A stretch of 64,000 bases of DNA. Source: Myxococcaceae bacterium JPH2 (GTDB taxonomy: Bacteria > Myxococcota > Myxococcia > Myxococcales > Myxococcaceae). Numbering within the stretch: position 1 is the first letter of the stretch; each line of letters opens with the position of its first letter. Positions 21,060 through 30,920 of the stretch are shown here, piece after piece. The stretch is taken from positions 59,969-123,968 of the forward strand of contig JAEMGR010000010.1 of the NCBI GenBank assembly GCA_016458225.1. Reading direction: 5' to 3'. The translations under genes and the position numbers were made by a program. Below the pieces are notes generated by a model. That model was not told where the DNA came from and made no database searches. It saw nothing but the letters and a program-made list of their open reading frames with translations.

Positions 21060-22172
21060 GTGGGACCCTCGACACCTCTGCTTCCTGTTTCGCGCGAGCG
21101 CGTGCGGGCCATTGATTGGCTGCGCGGGCTCGCGGTGCTGGTGATGATCCAATGCCATACGCTGGCGCTGCTCACGCCCGAGCTGCGCCGAAGCGCGTGG
21201 ACCGGCCGGCTGTTGAAGCTGGATGGGCTGGTGGCGCCCGCGTTCATCTTCTCCGCGGGCTTCGCGCTGGCGCTGGTGATGGTGCGCAGCGCGGCCGATG
21301 GCGTCCTGCGCGAGCGCGTGCCCCGCAACCTGCGCCGCATCGGCGAGGTGCTCGTGGTGGCCACGCTGGTCAACTGGGCCTGGTTCCCGCTGCTGCGCGA
21401 GCCGAAGTGGATCCTCCGCATGGACATCCTCCAGTGCGTGGGCGTGTGTCTGCTGCTCGTGCTGCCCGTGGCCGCGGGGCTCGCGTTCCGTCCCCGGGTG
21501 TTGGGCGCGGTGGCGTTCCTCTTGGCCATGGTCGCGTTCGCGCTCGCGCCCCTGGGGGACATCGCGCCTGAGCCGTGGGCGTCCTTCCTGCGCAAGTCCT
21601 CGTGGGCGCCCTTCCCGCTGCTGCCGTGGGTGGGCTTCGCGTGGCTCGGTGCCTTCGCGGGGACCGCGGCGGGCGCGTGGGGTCGCGCGGGGCTGGCTCG
21701 CGCGCTCGTGTTCCTGGTGGGGCTGGGCATCGTGGGGACGCTGGCCGCGCGTCCGCTCTATGCGCTGTATCCCGCGCACCGGTTCTTCGTGGCCAACCCG
21801 TCCAACTCGGCGGCGCGCTGGGCGTGGGTCTGCGCCGCGCTGCTCGTCCTTGTGTGGCTGGAGACGAAGCGGGCCTCGGATGCGCCGCCGAGTCGCTCGC
21901 GGCGCTTCATCGAGGTGTTCGGGACGTCGTCCCTCTCCGCGTACTTCTTCCACCAGATGCTGCTGTTCTACCGGACAGCGGGCGTCTTCTCGTTCCAGCG
22001 CTTCTGGGGCGACCGCAGCGGCTGGCTCCTCTACACGGGGCTGACGCTCGCGATCATCGTGCTCACGTACCTGCTGTGCCGGGCCTATGACTGGCTGGAG
22101 CGCGCGGTGAAGCAGGGCTTCGGGAGCGTGCGCAAGCACCTGCGCCCCCGAACCCCCGCCTCGTCCCAGTGA
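21060..22172 (+). CDS. DUF1624 / HGSNAT-like acyltransferase-family membrane protein
   Basis: Polytopic (~10 TM). The N-terminal RVRAIDWLRGLAVLVMIQCH motif is typical of the DUF1624/heparan-alpha-glucosaminide N-acetyltransferase-like family. Confidence 0.6.
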   Translation: MGPSTPLLPVSRERVRAIDWLRGLAVLVMIQCHTLALLTPELRRSAWTGRLLKLDGLVAPAFIFSAGFALALVMVRSAADGVLRERVPRNLRRIGEVLVVATLVNWAWFPLLREPKWILRMDILQCVGVCLLLVLPVAAGLAFRPRVLGAVAFLLAMVAFALAPLGDIAPEPWASFLRKSSWAPFPLLPWVGFAWLGAFAGTAAGAWGRAGLARALVFLVGLGIVGTLAARPLYALYPAHRFFVANPSNSAARWAWVCAALLVLVWLETKRASDAPPSRSRRFIEVFGTSSLSAYFFHQMLLFYRTAGVFSFQRFWGDRSGWLLYTGLTLAIIVLTYLLCRAYDWLERAVKQGFGSVRKHLRPRTPASSQ

Positions 22173-22184
22173 GGCGACGCGCGG

Positions 22185-22670
<486 letters not shown>

Positions 22671-22819
22671 GGCGCGGACCGTCGCAAATGGGCCCTCGCC
22701 ACGCAAGCGTCCGACACGTCCGAGGGAACCGTCCCGCCGCCGAATAATCGGGGAATAAAACCCATTTCCAAGGTCGTGCGTTTCGAGGCCCCGACCTACT
22801 CGCAGCCCTCGGAGCCCCC

Positions 22820-24592
22820 ATGTCCTCGACCTTCCAGAAGCGCCGCGCGACCCGATGGGGCTGCGCCATCCTAGCCGCCAGTCTGCTGTCCTCCTGCTCC
22901 TCGCAGCTCGCCCCCGTCGAGTCGAAGACCGCGCCGCGGGTGAGCAATGGCAGCCTCTCCAGCACCGGCCCTGCCACACCGAAGCCGGAGGGTGCGAGCG
23001 CCGAAGCGGACGATGCCCCTCAGGCCACAGGCGCCATCGCACAACCCTCGACGCCCCCGCCGCCTCCCGCGCCGAAAGACGTGGCCCCCGCAGCCGAGGC
23101 GGTCATGGTGATGCGTTCAAGCGGCGCTCCTGCCCCTTCGGCGGCTCGCCGTGAGGCGCCCTCCAAGAAGGTCCCCGCGTCCGAGAAGTTCATGCAGGAC
23201 AAGGACGGCGACGCGCGCGCCTCCGCGGGCGGCAACACGTTCGAGGCGTACAAGCCCAACGCCTTCACGGAGACCGCGAAGGACGCGCTGTCCACCTTCG
23301 CCGCGGACGTGGACACCGCCTCGTACACGGTGGCGCGGCGCTACCTGCAGCAGGGCCAACTTCCTCCCACCAGCGCCGTGCGCGTGGAGGAGTTCGTCAA
23401 CTACTTCAAGTTCCGCTACGCCCCGCCCACCACCGGCGCCTTCTCGGTGCATCTGGAGGGCGCGCCCTCGCCGTTCAATCCGCGCCGCCACTTCCTGCGC
23501 GTGGGTGTGCAGGGCAAGGTCGTCTCGCGCTCGCAGCGCAAGCCCGCGCACCTCGTCTTCCTCGTGGACACCAGCGGCTCCATGCAGTCCGAGGACAAGC
23601 TGCCCCTGGCGCGCGAGGCGATGAAGATCGCCGTGAAGAACCTCAACGAGAACGACACGGTGGCCATCGTCACCTACGCGGGCTCCACGCGGGATGTGCT
23701 GCCCCCCACGCCGGCCACGGACGTCCAGCGCATCTACTCCGCCATCGACACGCTGTCGGCGGGCGGTGGCACCGCGATGGGCTCGGGCATGCAGATGGCC
23801 TATGGGCACGCGGTGAAGAAGGCCGCGGGCGGCGTGGTGTCTCGCGTCGTCGTGCTCACCGACGGTGACGCCAACATCGGCCCCAACCTGGGCGCCGATG
23901 CCATGCTGGAGAGCGTCCACAAGTACGTGGCCGAGGGCGTCACCCTCACCACGGTCGGCTTCGGCATGGGCAACTACCGCGACGACATGATGGAGAAGCT
24001 GGCGGACAAGGGCAACGGCAACAGCTTCTACGTGGACAGCCTCAAGGAAGCGCGCAAGGTCTTCGAGACGCAGCTCACCGGCACGCTGGAGGTCATCGCC
24101 AAGGACGTGAAGTTCCAGGTGGAGTTCAACCCGAAGTCGGTGAGCCGCTACCGCCTGCTCGGCTACGAGAACCGGGACATCGCGGACAAGGACTTCCGCG
24201 ACGACAAGGTGGACGCCGGCGAGATTGGCGCGGGCCACAACGTCACCGCCCTCTACGAGGTCGAGCTGACGGGCGCGGCCCAGGAGCTGGCCACGGTGCG
24301 CATCCGGGCCAAGGCGCCCAACGGCACCGAGGCCGCCGAGCAGTCCTTCCCGCTCACCCGTGCGCAGGTGCACACCTCGCTGGATGAGGCCTCGCCGGAC
24401 TTCCGCTTCGCGCTCGCCGTGGCCGCCACCGCGGACATCCTCCGCGCCGCGCCCGCCGCCGAGGGCTGGAGCCTGGGCACCACGCAGAAGCTGGCCGAGG
24501 GGTCCGCCAACGGTGACGCGGATCGCACCGAGTTCGTTCGATTGGTGACACAAGCCCGCGCGCTCTCTGGCGCCTCGGCGCGCGGCAACTGA
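22820..24592 (+). CDS. von Willebrand factor type A (vWA) lipoprotein, YfbK-like
   Basis: Lipobox LLSSCSS. A Pro/Ala-rich linker is followed by a vWA domain with a MIDAS motif ([17 protein letters not shown]…) and a YfbK-type C-terminal region. Confidence 0.8.
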   Translation: MSSTFQKRRATRWGCAILAASLLSSCSSQLAPVESKTAPRVSNGSLSSTGPATPKPEGASAEADDAPQATGAIAQPSTPPPPPAPKDVAPAAEAVMVMRSSGAPAPSAARREAPSKKVPASEKFMQDKDGDARASAGGNTFEAYKPNAFTETAKDALSTFAADVDTASYTVARRYLQQGQLPPTSAVRVEEFVNYFKFRYAPPTTGAFSVHLEGAPSPFNPRRHFLRVGVQGKVVSRSQRKPAHLVFLVDTSGSMQSEDKLPLAREAMKIAVKNLNENDTVAIVTYAGSTRDVLPPTPATDVQRIYSAIDTLSAGGGTAMGSGMQMAYGHAVKKAAGGVVSRVVVLTDGDANIGPNLGADAMLESVHKYVAEGVTLTTVGFGMGNYRDDMMEKLADKGNGNSFYVDSLKEARKVFETQLTGTLEVIAKDVKFQVEFNPKSVSRYRLLGYENRDIADKDFRDDKVDAGEIGAGHNVTALYEVELTGAAQELATVRIRAKAPNGTEAAEQSFPLTRAQVHTSLDEASPDFRFALAVAATADILRAAPAAEGWSLGTTQKLAEGSANGDADRTEFVRLVTQARALSGASARGN

Positions 24593-24690
24593 CGTCCGGG
24601 GGGACGTCAGAACCCAGGGGGGAACACCGCCCACGTCCGACCTGCTCGGGCGTGGGCGGTGTCTTTCATGCGGCGTGTATGCTCGCGCGC

Positions 24691-25380
24691 ATGAACCGAC
24701 GCCCTGCTCCGCGCCTTGCCGTGTCGTTGGCCGCCACCGCCCTGCTGACCGGGCTCGCCTGTGGAGACGATCCCTCTGGCGGAGGTCTCCCGCTGGGCGA
24801 GCAGCAGAAGGGCATCGCCACCTTCTACGACGCGACGGGCGCGGGGAACTGCAGCTTCGATCCGAGCGGTGACTTGATGGTCGCCGCCATCAACACCGCG
24901 CAGTACGCACGCAGCGCCACGTGCGGCCAGTGCGTCGACGTGGTGGGCCCCAAGGGCACGGTGCGCGTGCGCATCGTCGACCAGTGCCCGGACTGCGACA
25001 AGGGCCACCTGGATCTCAGCCGCGAGGCGTTCGCGAAGGTCGCGGACATGAGTCTGGGTCGCGTGGACATCTCATGGACGCCCGTGTCCTGCGATGTGGC
25101 GGGCAACATCGAGTACCACTTCAAGGACGGCAGCAACCCGGACTGGACGGCCATCCAGATCCGCAACCACCGGCTGCCCATCCAGAAGCTCGAGTGGAAG
25201 CGGGACGGCGACTGGAAGGCCATTCCTCGCGAGGACTACAACTACTTCGTCGCGAACAGTGGCGTGGGCACCGGCAGCTTCCAGGTGCGCGTCACCGCGA
25301 GCGACGGACAGCAGCTCACCGACACGCTGCCCAAGGTGCTCGACAACTCCAGCGTCCAGGGCAGCGCGCAGTTCAAGTGA
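24691..25380 (+). CDS. Bacterial expansin (EXLX1/YoaJ-like) lipoprotein
   Basis: Start at MNRRPAPRLAVSLAATALLTGLACG. DPBB domain (GIATFYDATGAGNCSFD…CGQCVDVVGPKGTVRVRIVDQCPDCDKGHLDLSREAF) plus a C-terminal CBM63-like beta-sandwich with aromatic residues (…WTAIQIRNH…WK…). Confidence 0.8.
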   Translation: MNRRPAPRLAVSLAATALLTGLACGDDPSGGGLPLGEQQKGIATFYDATGAGNCSFDPSGDLMVAAINTAQYARSATCGQCVDVVGPKGTVRVRIVDQCPDCDKGHLDLSREAFAKVADMSLGRVDISWTPVSCDVAGNIEYHFKDGSNPDWTAIQIRNHRLPIQKLEWKRDGDWKAIPREDYNYFVANSGVGTGSFQVRVTASDGQQLTDTLPKVLDNSSVQGSAQFK

Positions 25381-25389
25381 GCCGTGGGC

Positions 25390-28300
25390 CTATCTGCGCA
25401 GCATGCCGCGCAGGACCTCCAGCGCCTCCGTCACGCCCTGCCAGACCTGGAGCGCCTTGACGGCCTCCTCTTCGCCTTGAATGGCTCGGCGAGACGCGCG
25501 CTCCAGCGGCAGCAGCGCGCCCTCCACCAGTTCGATCTGCCGACTCAACTCCGCGGGTGACGGTGCCACCGGCCCACGCGCGACTGGCTCGGAGGGAGTG
25601 ACCGTGACGTGGGCCGGGCGATCCGCCAGCGAGGCGATGGCCCGGGTCAGCTCGGCCAGGTGCGGGCTGACGTCCGGCGCACTCGCGGGCGGGGCCACGA
25701 CGGGCGCCGCGGCGCGCTCCGTGAGGGCCTTGAGCAACTGGGCCAGGTGCTTCACGTAGGGCGACAGGTCCAACGCGGGCGCCTGTTGCGGTGCCGGGGC
25801 CTCTGCCCCAGAGCGCGCCACGTCGAGCAGCGCCTCGCGGAGCGAATCGAGCCGAGGCGCCAACGAGTCCTGCTCCGAGGCACGGGGCCGCGCACGCGAG
25901 GCCGCCTCCACGAGCGCATCCCGCACGGTGCCGAGCCGCTCCTCGATGGCCCCGAGCTGCCCGGTCACGCGCGCCACGGGGTCGTCCTCCTTGCCCCCCA
26001 TGCGCTTGACGCGCGCGAAGCCCTGCTTGATCTCCTCCCAGCGCTTCGCCTGCGCCTCGCTCAGTCGCCCGCGCAGCTCCGCGAGCTTGAGCAGGTTCTG
26101 CTCGGCCGCCGTGGTCAGCGTCTGGGACTCGCCCTGGTAGTGGTCATCGATGCGCCGCTCCAGCTCCTCGTCGGTCATCGCCGCGACGACCTTCTCCGTG
26201 AGCTTGTTCATGTTGCGGTAGCTGCCCTGCAACTTGAACGCGGGCTCCGAGCGGAAGCGCTCATCCTGCGCCGCGGAGGCGATGTACTGGAGGTTCACCT
26301 TCAGCAGCACGCGCTGCACATGGAAGAGGCGCTGGAACACCGCGATGACTTCCTGAAGCTCCGCCGCCGAGTAGCCGTGCTTCAGCTCGCCCGAGGGCAC
26401 CTCTTCGCCCTTCGCCATGCGCAACAGGCGGTGCACGTCGCCAGGGTCCCGCGTCGCCAGCGGCGCGAGCACCGCGTTGGAGGTCAGCGAGTTCTCCAGG
26501 TAGCTCAGCGCGAAGAGCTCCTCCTTGCCATCCAGGATGTCGCCGAGGTTGTAGGTATCCGCGCGGTTGGCGAGCATGTCCGGGATGCGGAAGCGCTCGC
26601 CCGTCTCGGTGTAGGGATTGCCCGCCATCACCACGCAGAACTTCTTGCCGCGCAGGTCATACGTGCGCGTGCGGCCCTCCCAGACGCCCTCGATGCGGCG
26701 CTGGCCGTCGCACAGCGAGATGAACTTCTGGAGCAGCTCCGGATCCGTGTGCTGGATGTCGTCGAGGTAGAGCATCACGTTGTTGCCCATCTCGAAGGAC
26801 AGGTTGATGCGCTCCACCTCCTGCCGCGCGGTGGCGTTGGGCGCCTCGGCGGGGTCCAGTGACTTCACCGCGTGGCCGAGCGCCGGACCGTTCACCTTCA
26901 CGAAGGTGAGCCCCAGGCGGCTGGCCACGTACTCCATCAACGTCGTCTTGCCGTAGCCCGGCGGAGACATGAGCAAGAGCATGCCCATGCGATCCGTGCG
27001 CTTGCCCTCCCCCGCCGCCCCGAGCTGCTTGGCGAGGTTCGCGCCGATGAGGGGCAGGTACACCTCGTCGATGAGGCGGTTGCGCACGAAGCTGGTCAGC
27101 ACCTTGGGCGTCAGCTCTTCCAAGCGAAGCTTGCGCCGCTCGCGCTCCAGCAGATCCCGCAGCAGCCCGCGATACGCGAGGTACGCGGGCACGCGCGTCC
27201 GACGGAACGCCTCCAACCGAGCCAGGTACTCATCCAGCCGCAGCACCAGCTTCCGGTCCTGGATGCGCGCGTGGCTTCCCAACAGGCCCGTCACCTCCGT
27301 GGACGTCAGCGCGCCCGCCGTGGTGCGCTCCAGCTTGCGCTCCGTGACGAGCAGCACCGCCGCCTCGTCGACCAGGAGGCGCGCGTCACCGGGGCCCTCC
27401 TCCCGCCGCGACAGGGAAGCCTCCAGCCACGCCCGCGCGAGCAGGAGCCGCTCGGGCAGGTTCTTCTCCAGGCCCCGGAGGTCATCCTCGAACGCCGCGC
27501 GCGACCCTTGCTTGTCGAGCTGCGCGAGGAACGCATCCCGCAGCGCCACCGTCTCCCGCGCGGTGGTGAACCGGGGGCGCTCCACCGCCAGCTCCTCCAC
27601 GAGGTAGCGGCCCGCTTGCCGCGCATCCGCTTCCGCATGCGCGAGCCCATGAGCGCGGAGGAACGCCTCGACGCGCTCGCCCAGCGCATCGCCCAGGGCG
27701 CTCAGCTCCGAGGACGAAGCGAACACCGTGCGCAGCCGCGCGAGGCTGCGCGCCCGACGATGGAGCACCGCGCGCGCCGCGTCGTCCGAGTCGAAGGCCC
27801 AGTACAGCGCCGCCCAGGCGCGCGCCGTCGGAGAGAACCGCAGCAGGCCCGCGCCCTGGTACAGCCCGAGCAACTTCTCCAGGATGGCCGCCGCGTCCGC
27901 GTCGTGGACGCCTCGCTCGTAGCCCTCGTCGAACCGCTCGGCCGCGAGCGCACGCACCTTCTCCATCAGCGTGCCTTGCGCGACCGCCTCTTGGAGCGAA
28001 GACAACGAACTGCCCCGCTCGCCGTCCTCCGCGGCCGAGAGCACGCACGCGGCCAGATACTCGGCGCGGTACACCTCGGCCGACTCCGAGACGAGGTGCT
28101 GCTCCCAGAGGTCGCGGTACTTGAGCAGCTCCGGGTCCTCCAGCTTCCGCGTGTAGTCCGTGCCGGTGAGCTGGAGGAAGAGCGCGCCATCGCGCGGAAT
28201 CAACGTCAGGTCGAGCGACTGCGTGTTGACGTGGAAGCGATAGGGCCCCAGCTTGATGAGGCCCTCGCCGCCCTCGTACAGGTCCTGGCGATCGCGAAGC

Positions 28301-30837
28301 GCGCGCAGGGCCTCCTGCTTGGCGGACTTCACGCGCGACAGGATTTCATCCGCGCGCACGCTGTCCTGCAGCTCCAGCAGCTGATCGGCGAGCTGCCGCA
28401 GCTTCTGGATCATCGCGTCCGAGGCGAAGTACGCGTTCAGCGCGTCATCCGACGGGAACGACTTCGCGCGGCGCAGGACACCCTGAAGGATGCGCTCCGC
28501 GGCACCGAACAGGTTGCTCGCCCGGCGCTGACGCTCGTCCACCAGCGCTTGCTTCCGCGCGCCGAAGGCCTCGAGCAGCTCCTCGCGCTTCTGGGTGATC
28601 TGCCCGAGGAACTCGTCGAACTCCCCGAAGCGGCCCTCCAACTCCTCCAGGAGCACCGTGAGGCGAGACATCGCCTCGTCACAGCGCGCGGGAGTGTCCG
28701 ACTGGGTCAGCGCGCTCTCGATGCTCTGGCCCAGGAGCTTGAACTGGGCACCGAACTCCGCCCGCTTCTCCTTGCCACTCAGCTCCTTGCGCCGGGCCTG
28801 GACGCCCGCCCGCACGCGGTTGACGCGACTGAACAACTCGGAGATGCCCTCGAGGATGCGGGCACGAGCCAGCGGGTCGCCCACCTGGAGTCCGCCGACC
28901 ACCTCGCCCAGCACCTCCAGGCCCTTGCCCGTCATCTCCACGTCCTGCGCCAGCGGCGCCAGCTCCATCGTGGTGGTGATGGGCTCCAAGCGGCCCAGCA
29001 GCTCATCGAGGCGCTGAGCGATGGGCTGGAGCGATTCGCCCTTCTGGAGGAACTCCACGCACGCGGTGCTGACGCGGCCAGAGGCCTCCTCCACGGCGGC
29101 CTCCAGGACGTCCACCCGCGCCACGTCCATGTAGCGGATGTCCTTCAGGGTGATGAGGTGGCCGCGATGCTGGCGCAGCTCCGCCAGCGCCCGCATGTAG
29201 CCCTCCGCATCCACGAGCCCCTCGGGCTGCACCTGGAGCAGCAGCGCGTCCTGCTTCTTCTCCGCCTCGGCGAGCGAGTCGGTGGCGCGACGGCGCAGCG
29301 CGAGCACCTTCTCGAACTCATCGATGATGAGCTCGGCCGTGCGGCGAAGCTGCTCGACGTGCGACTGGAGCCCCACCTCCGCGTGGTTGAGCCAGTAGTA
29401 CGCATCCAGCGCGCGCGTGGCCGCGGAGACGAGGTCCTCGTACGTGCGCCGCGAGGGCTGATTCGTCTTCGCGATGCGCTGGAGCGTCAGCGCGTCCGAG
29501 ATGCCGCGCACCAACTCCGCGTTGCCCACCTTGCCCAGGTAGCCCGGCACCGGCGGCGTCGCGGCGGCGTGCTCAGCCGAGACGAACGGCGTCTGCCACA
29601 CCTGCATCGGATGCACGCGGGTGGGCTCGGCCGAGGTCGCGCGGAAGACGACGAGGCGCCCGTCCGCGAAGAGGCTCATGCCGTGACCCACGAGCGGGTT
29701 CTGCACCTCCTTGCGCACGAGGTTGTACGCGAACAGCACGTAGGCCCCCTCGTCGCGGCGGTGGAAGACGTAGAGGACGTCCTCGCCGTTGGGCGAGCGC
29801 ACCGCCTGATGGAACTCCATCCCCTCGGAGGCACCCTCGAAGACCTTGAAGTCCCCCGTCTGGAGGTAATAGCCGCCCGGGAAGACGATGCCCTGGTCCT
29901 CCGGCAGCCGCACACACGACTGACCGATGGCATCGATGCGCACCACATGCTGCGTGCGCGAGTTGAAGACGAGGTAGCGGTAAGCCTTCTCGCGGAACGG
30001 CAGCACGCGCAGCAGGATGAGGCCGCCTACCTGCGCCCAGGCGAACTCGGCGTCATCGAGCGACTGATCCGGATCCTCCACGGGCTCGCTGTAGATGCCC
30101 AGCCCCGTGGTGGTGTTGTTCTCCACCTTGACGGTGAGGTCACCCTTCACCGTCTCTACGAAGACCTGATCCAACACGTTGACGTGCGGGTGCTGGCCGA
30201 GCACGTAGTGCTCACGCGTGGCCACCGTCCACTCGAAGTCCTGCGCGGGCGGGAAGACGTGGTCGCGCTCGCCCTGGTTGTCCAGGTACGTGGCGCGGCC
30301 CTCCACGTCCACGTTGAAGCGGAACACCTTCACGTCCCGCGCGGACTGCCCCGTCTGGAAGACGGCCAGCAGGCGCGAGTCCCGGCGCCGGAGCTGAGTG
30401 AGCCGCGTGTCCTTGTAGTACTTGTACAGCTCCCCAAAGTCCTTCACGAACCGAGGGTCCGCCAGGAAGCCGCCGGCCTCGGTGTGCGGCACGGCGGACA
30501 GGTCGAACCCCTCCGCCGTCGCCTCGAAGCGGTGCAGCGAGAAGACGTCCGAGACGGCCGTCTCCTTCTTCAGCCCGATGAAGACGTTGTAGCCAAAGAG
30601 GACGTACTTGCCGACGCTGACGATGTCGCGCGGGACGCAGTTGTTCTCGGTGCGCACGCGCTCGTTGCCGATGACGGACAACTCCGTGCCGCCGAACAGC
30701 GTCTTGCGCCGCGCGTTGAGGTCATTCGCCTGGGTCGCCAGCGCGTCCGCGTGCGCCAGCAAGCGCGTGCGGATGACCTCGTAGCTGCCGCCCTCCAGCG
30801 TCGCCTCGCCCGAGGCCCTGTCGCCGCCACTTGCCAT
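25390..30837 (-). CDS. Giant (1815 aa) multidomain protein with a central AAA_5 (MoxR/dynein-like) ATPase domain; function unknown
   Basis: Walker A LLLMSPPGYGKTTLMEY. Walker B/sensor region VMLYLDDIQHTDPELLQKFISLCDGQRRIEG (MoxR-like DEINRA…LLxxMQE pattern). Arg finger region …VMAGNPYTE…. A ~480-aa N-terminal beta-rich region and long helical or coiled-coil stretches flank the ATPase. It lies downstream of flotillin on the same strand with an 83-nt gap. Confidence 0.75.
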   Translation of the reverse strand: MASGGDRASGEATLEGGSYEVIRTRLLAHADALATQANDLNARRKTLFGGTELSVIGNERVRTENNCVPRDIVSVGKYVLFGYNVFIGLKKETAVSDVFSLHRFEATAEGFDLSAVPHTEAGGFLADPRFVKDFGELYKYYKDTRLTQLRRRDSRLLAVFQTGQSARDVKVFRFNVDVEGRATYLDNQGERDHVFPPAQDFEWTVATREHYVLGQHPHVNVLDQVFVETVKGDLTVKVENNTTTGLGIYSEPVEDPDQSLDDAEFAWAQVGGLILLRVLPFREKAYRYLVFNSRTQHVVRIDAIGQSCVRLPEDQGIVFPGGYYLQTGDFKVFEGASEGMEFHQAVRSPNGEDVLYVFHRRDEGAYVLFAYNLVRKEVQNPLVGHGMSLFADGRLVVFRATSAEPTRVHPMQVWQTPFVSAEHAAATPPVPGYLGKVGNAELVRGISDALTLQRIAKTNQPSRRTYEDLVSAATRALDAYYWLNHAEVGLQSHVEQLRRTAELIIDEFEKVLALRRRATDSLAEAEKKQDALLLQVQPEGLVDAEGYMRALAELRQHRGHLITLKDIRYMDVARVDVLEAAVEEASGRVSTACVEFLQKGESLQPIAQRLDELLGRLEPITTTMELAPLAQDVEMTGKGLEVLGEVVGGLQVGDPLARARILEGISELFSRVNRVRAGVQARRKELSGKEKRAEFGAQFKLLGQSIESALTQSDTPARCDEAMSRLTVLLEELEGRFGEFDEFLGQITQKREELLEAFGARKQALVDERQRRASNLFGAAERILQGVLRRAKSFPSDDALNAYFASDAMIQKLRQLADQLLELQDSVRADEILSRVKSAKQEALRALRDRQDLYEGGEGLIKLGPYRFHVNTQSLDLTLIPRDGALFLQLTGTDYTRKLEDPELLKYRDLWEQHLVSESAEVYRAEYLAACVLSAAEDGERGSSLSSLQEAVAQGTLMEKVRALAAERFDEGYERGVHDADAAAILEKLLGLYQGAGLLRFSPTARAWAALYWAFDSDDAARAVLHRRARSLARLRTVFASSSELSALGDALGERVEAFLRAHGLAHAEADARQAGRYLVEELAVERPRFTTARETVALRDAFLAQLDKQGSRAAFEDDLRGLEKNLPERLLLARAWLEASLSRREEGPGDARLLVDEAAVLLVTERKLERTTAGALTSTEVTGLLGSHARIQDRKLVLRLDEYLARLEAFRRTRVPAYLAYRGLLRDLLERERRKLRLEELTPKVLTSFVRNRLIDEVYLPLIGANLAKQLGAAGEGKRTDRMGMLLLMSPPGYGKTTLMEYVASRLGLTFVKVNGPALGHAVKSLDPAEAPNATARQEVERINLSFEMGNNVMLYLDDIQHTDPELLQKFISLCDGQRRIEGVWEGRTRTYDLRGKKFCVVMAGNPYTETGERFRIPDMLANRADTYNLGDILDGKEELFALSYLENSLTSNAVLAPLATRDPGDVHRLLRMAKGEEVPSGELKHGYSAAELQEVIAVFQRLFHVQRVLLKVNLQYIASAAQDERFRSEPAFKLQGSYRNMNKLTEKVVAAMTDEELERRIDDHYQGESQTLTTAAEQNLLKLAELRGRLSEAQAKRWEEIKQGFARVKRMGGKEDDPVARVTGQLGAIEERLGTVRDALVEAASRARPRASEQDSLAPRLDSLREALLDVARSGAEAPAPQQAPALDLSPYVKHLAQLLKALTERAAAPVVAPPASAPDVSPHLAELTRAIASLADRPAHVTVTPSEPVARGPVAPSPAELSRQIELVEGALLPLERASRRAIQGEEEAVKALQVWQGVTEALEVLRGMLRR

Positions 30838-30875
30838 GAAGATTCACCGGATAGAACCGACTGCGTCTCGACGAA

Positions 30876-30897
30876 GGGGGCCCGCGAACGGGCCCCC
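30876..30897. repeat. Perfect palindromic hairpin between the flotillin and giant ATPase genes
   Basis: GGGGGCCCG-CGAA-CGGGCCCCC is a 9-bp GC stem in the 83-nt intercistronic gap. No U-tract follows on the transcribed (minus) strand. Confidence 0.6.
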
Positions 30898-30920
30898 TGT
30901 CCCAACCGCCAGCGTGAGGG

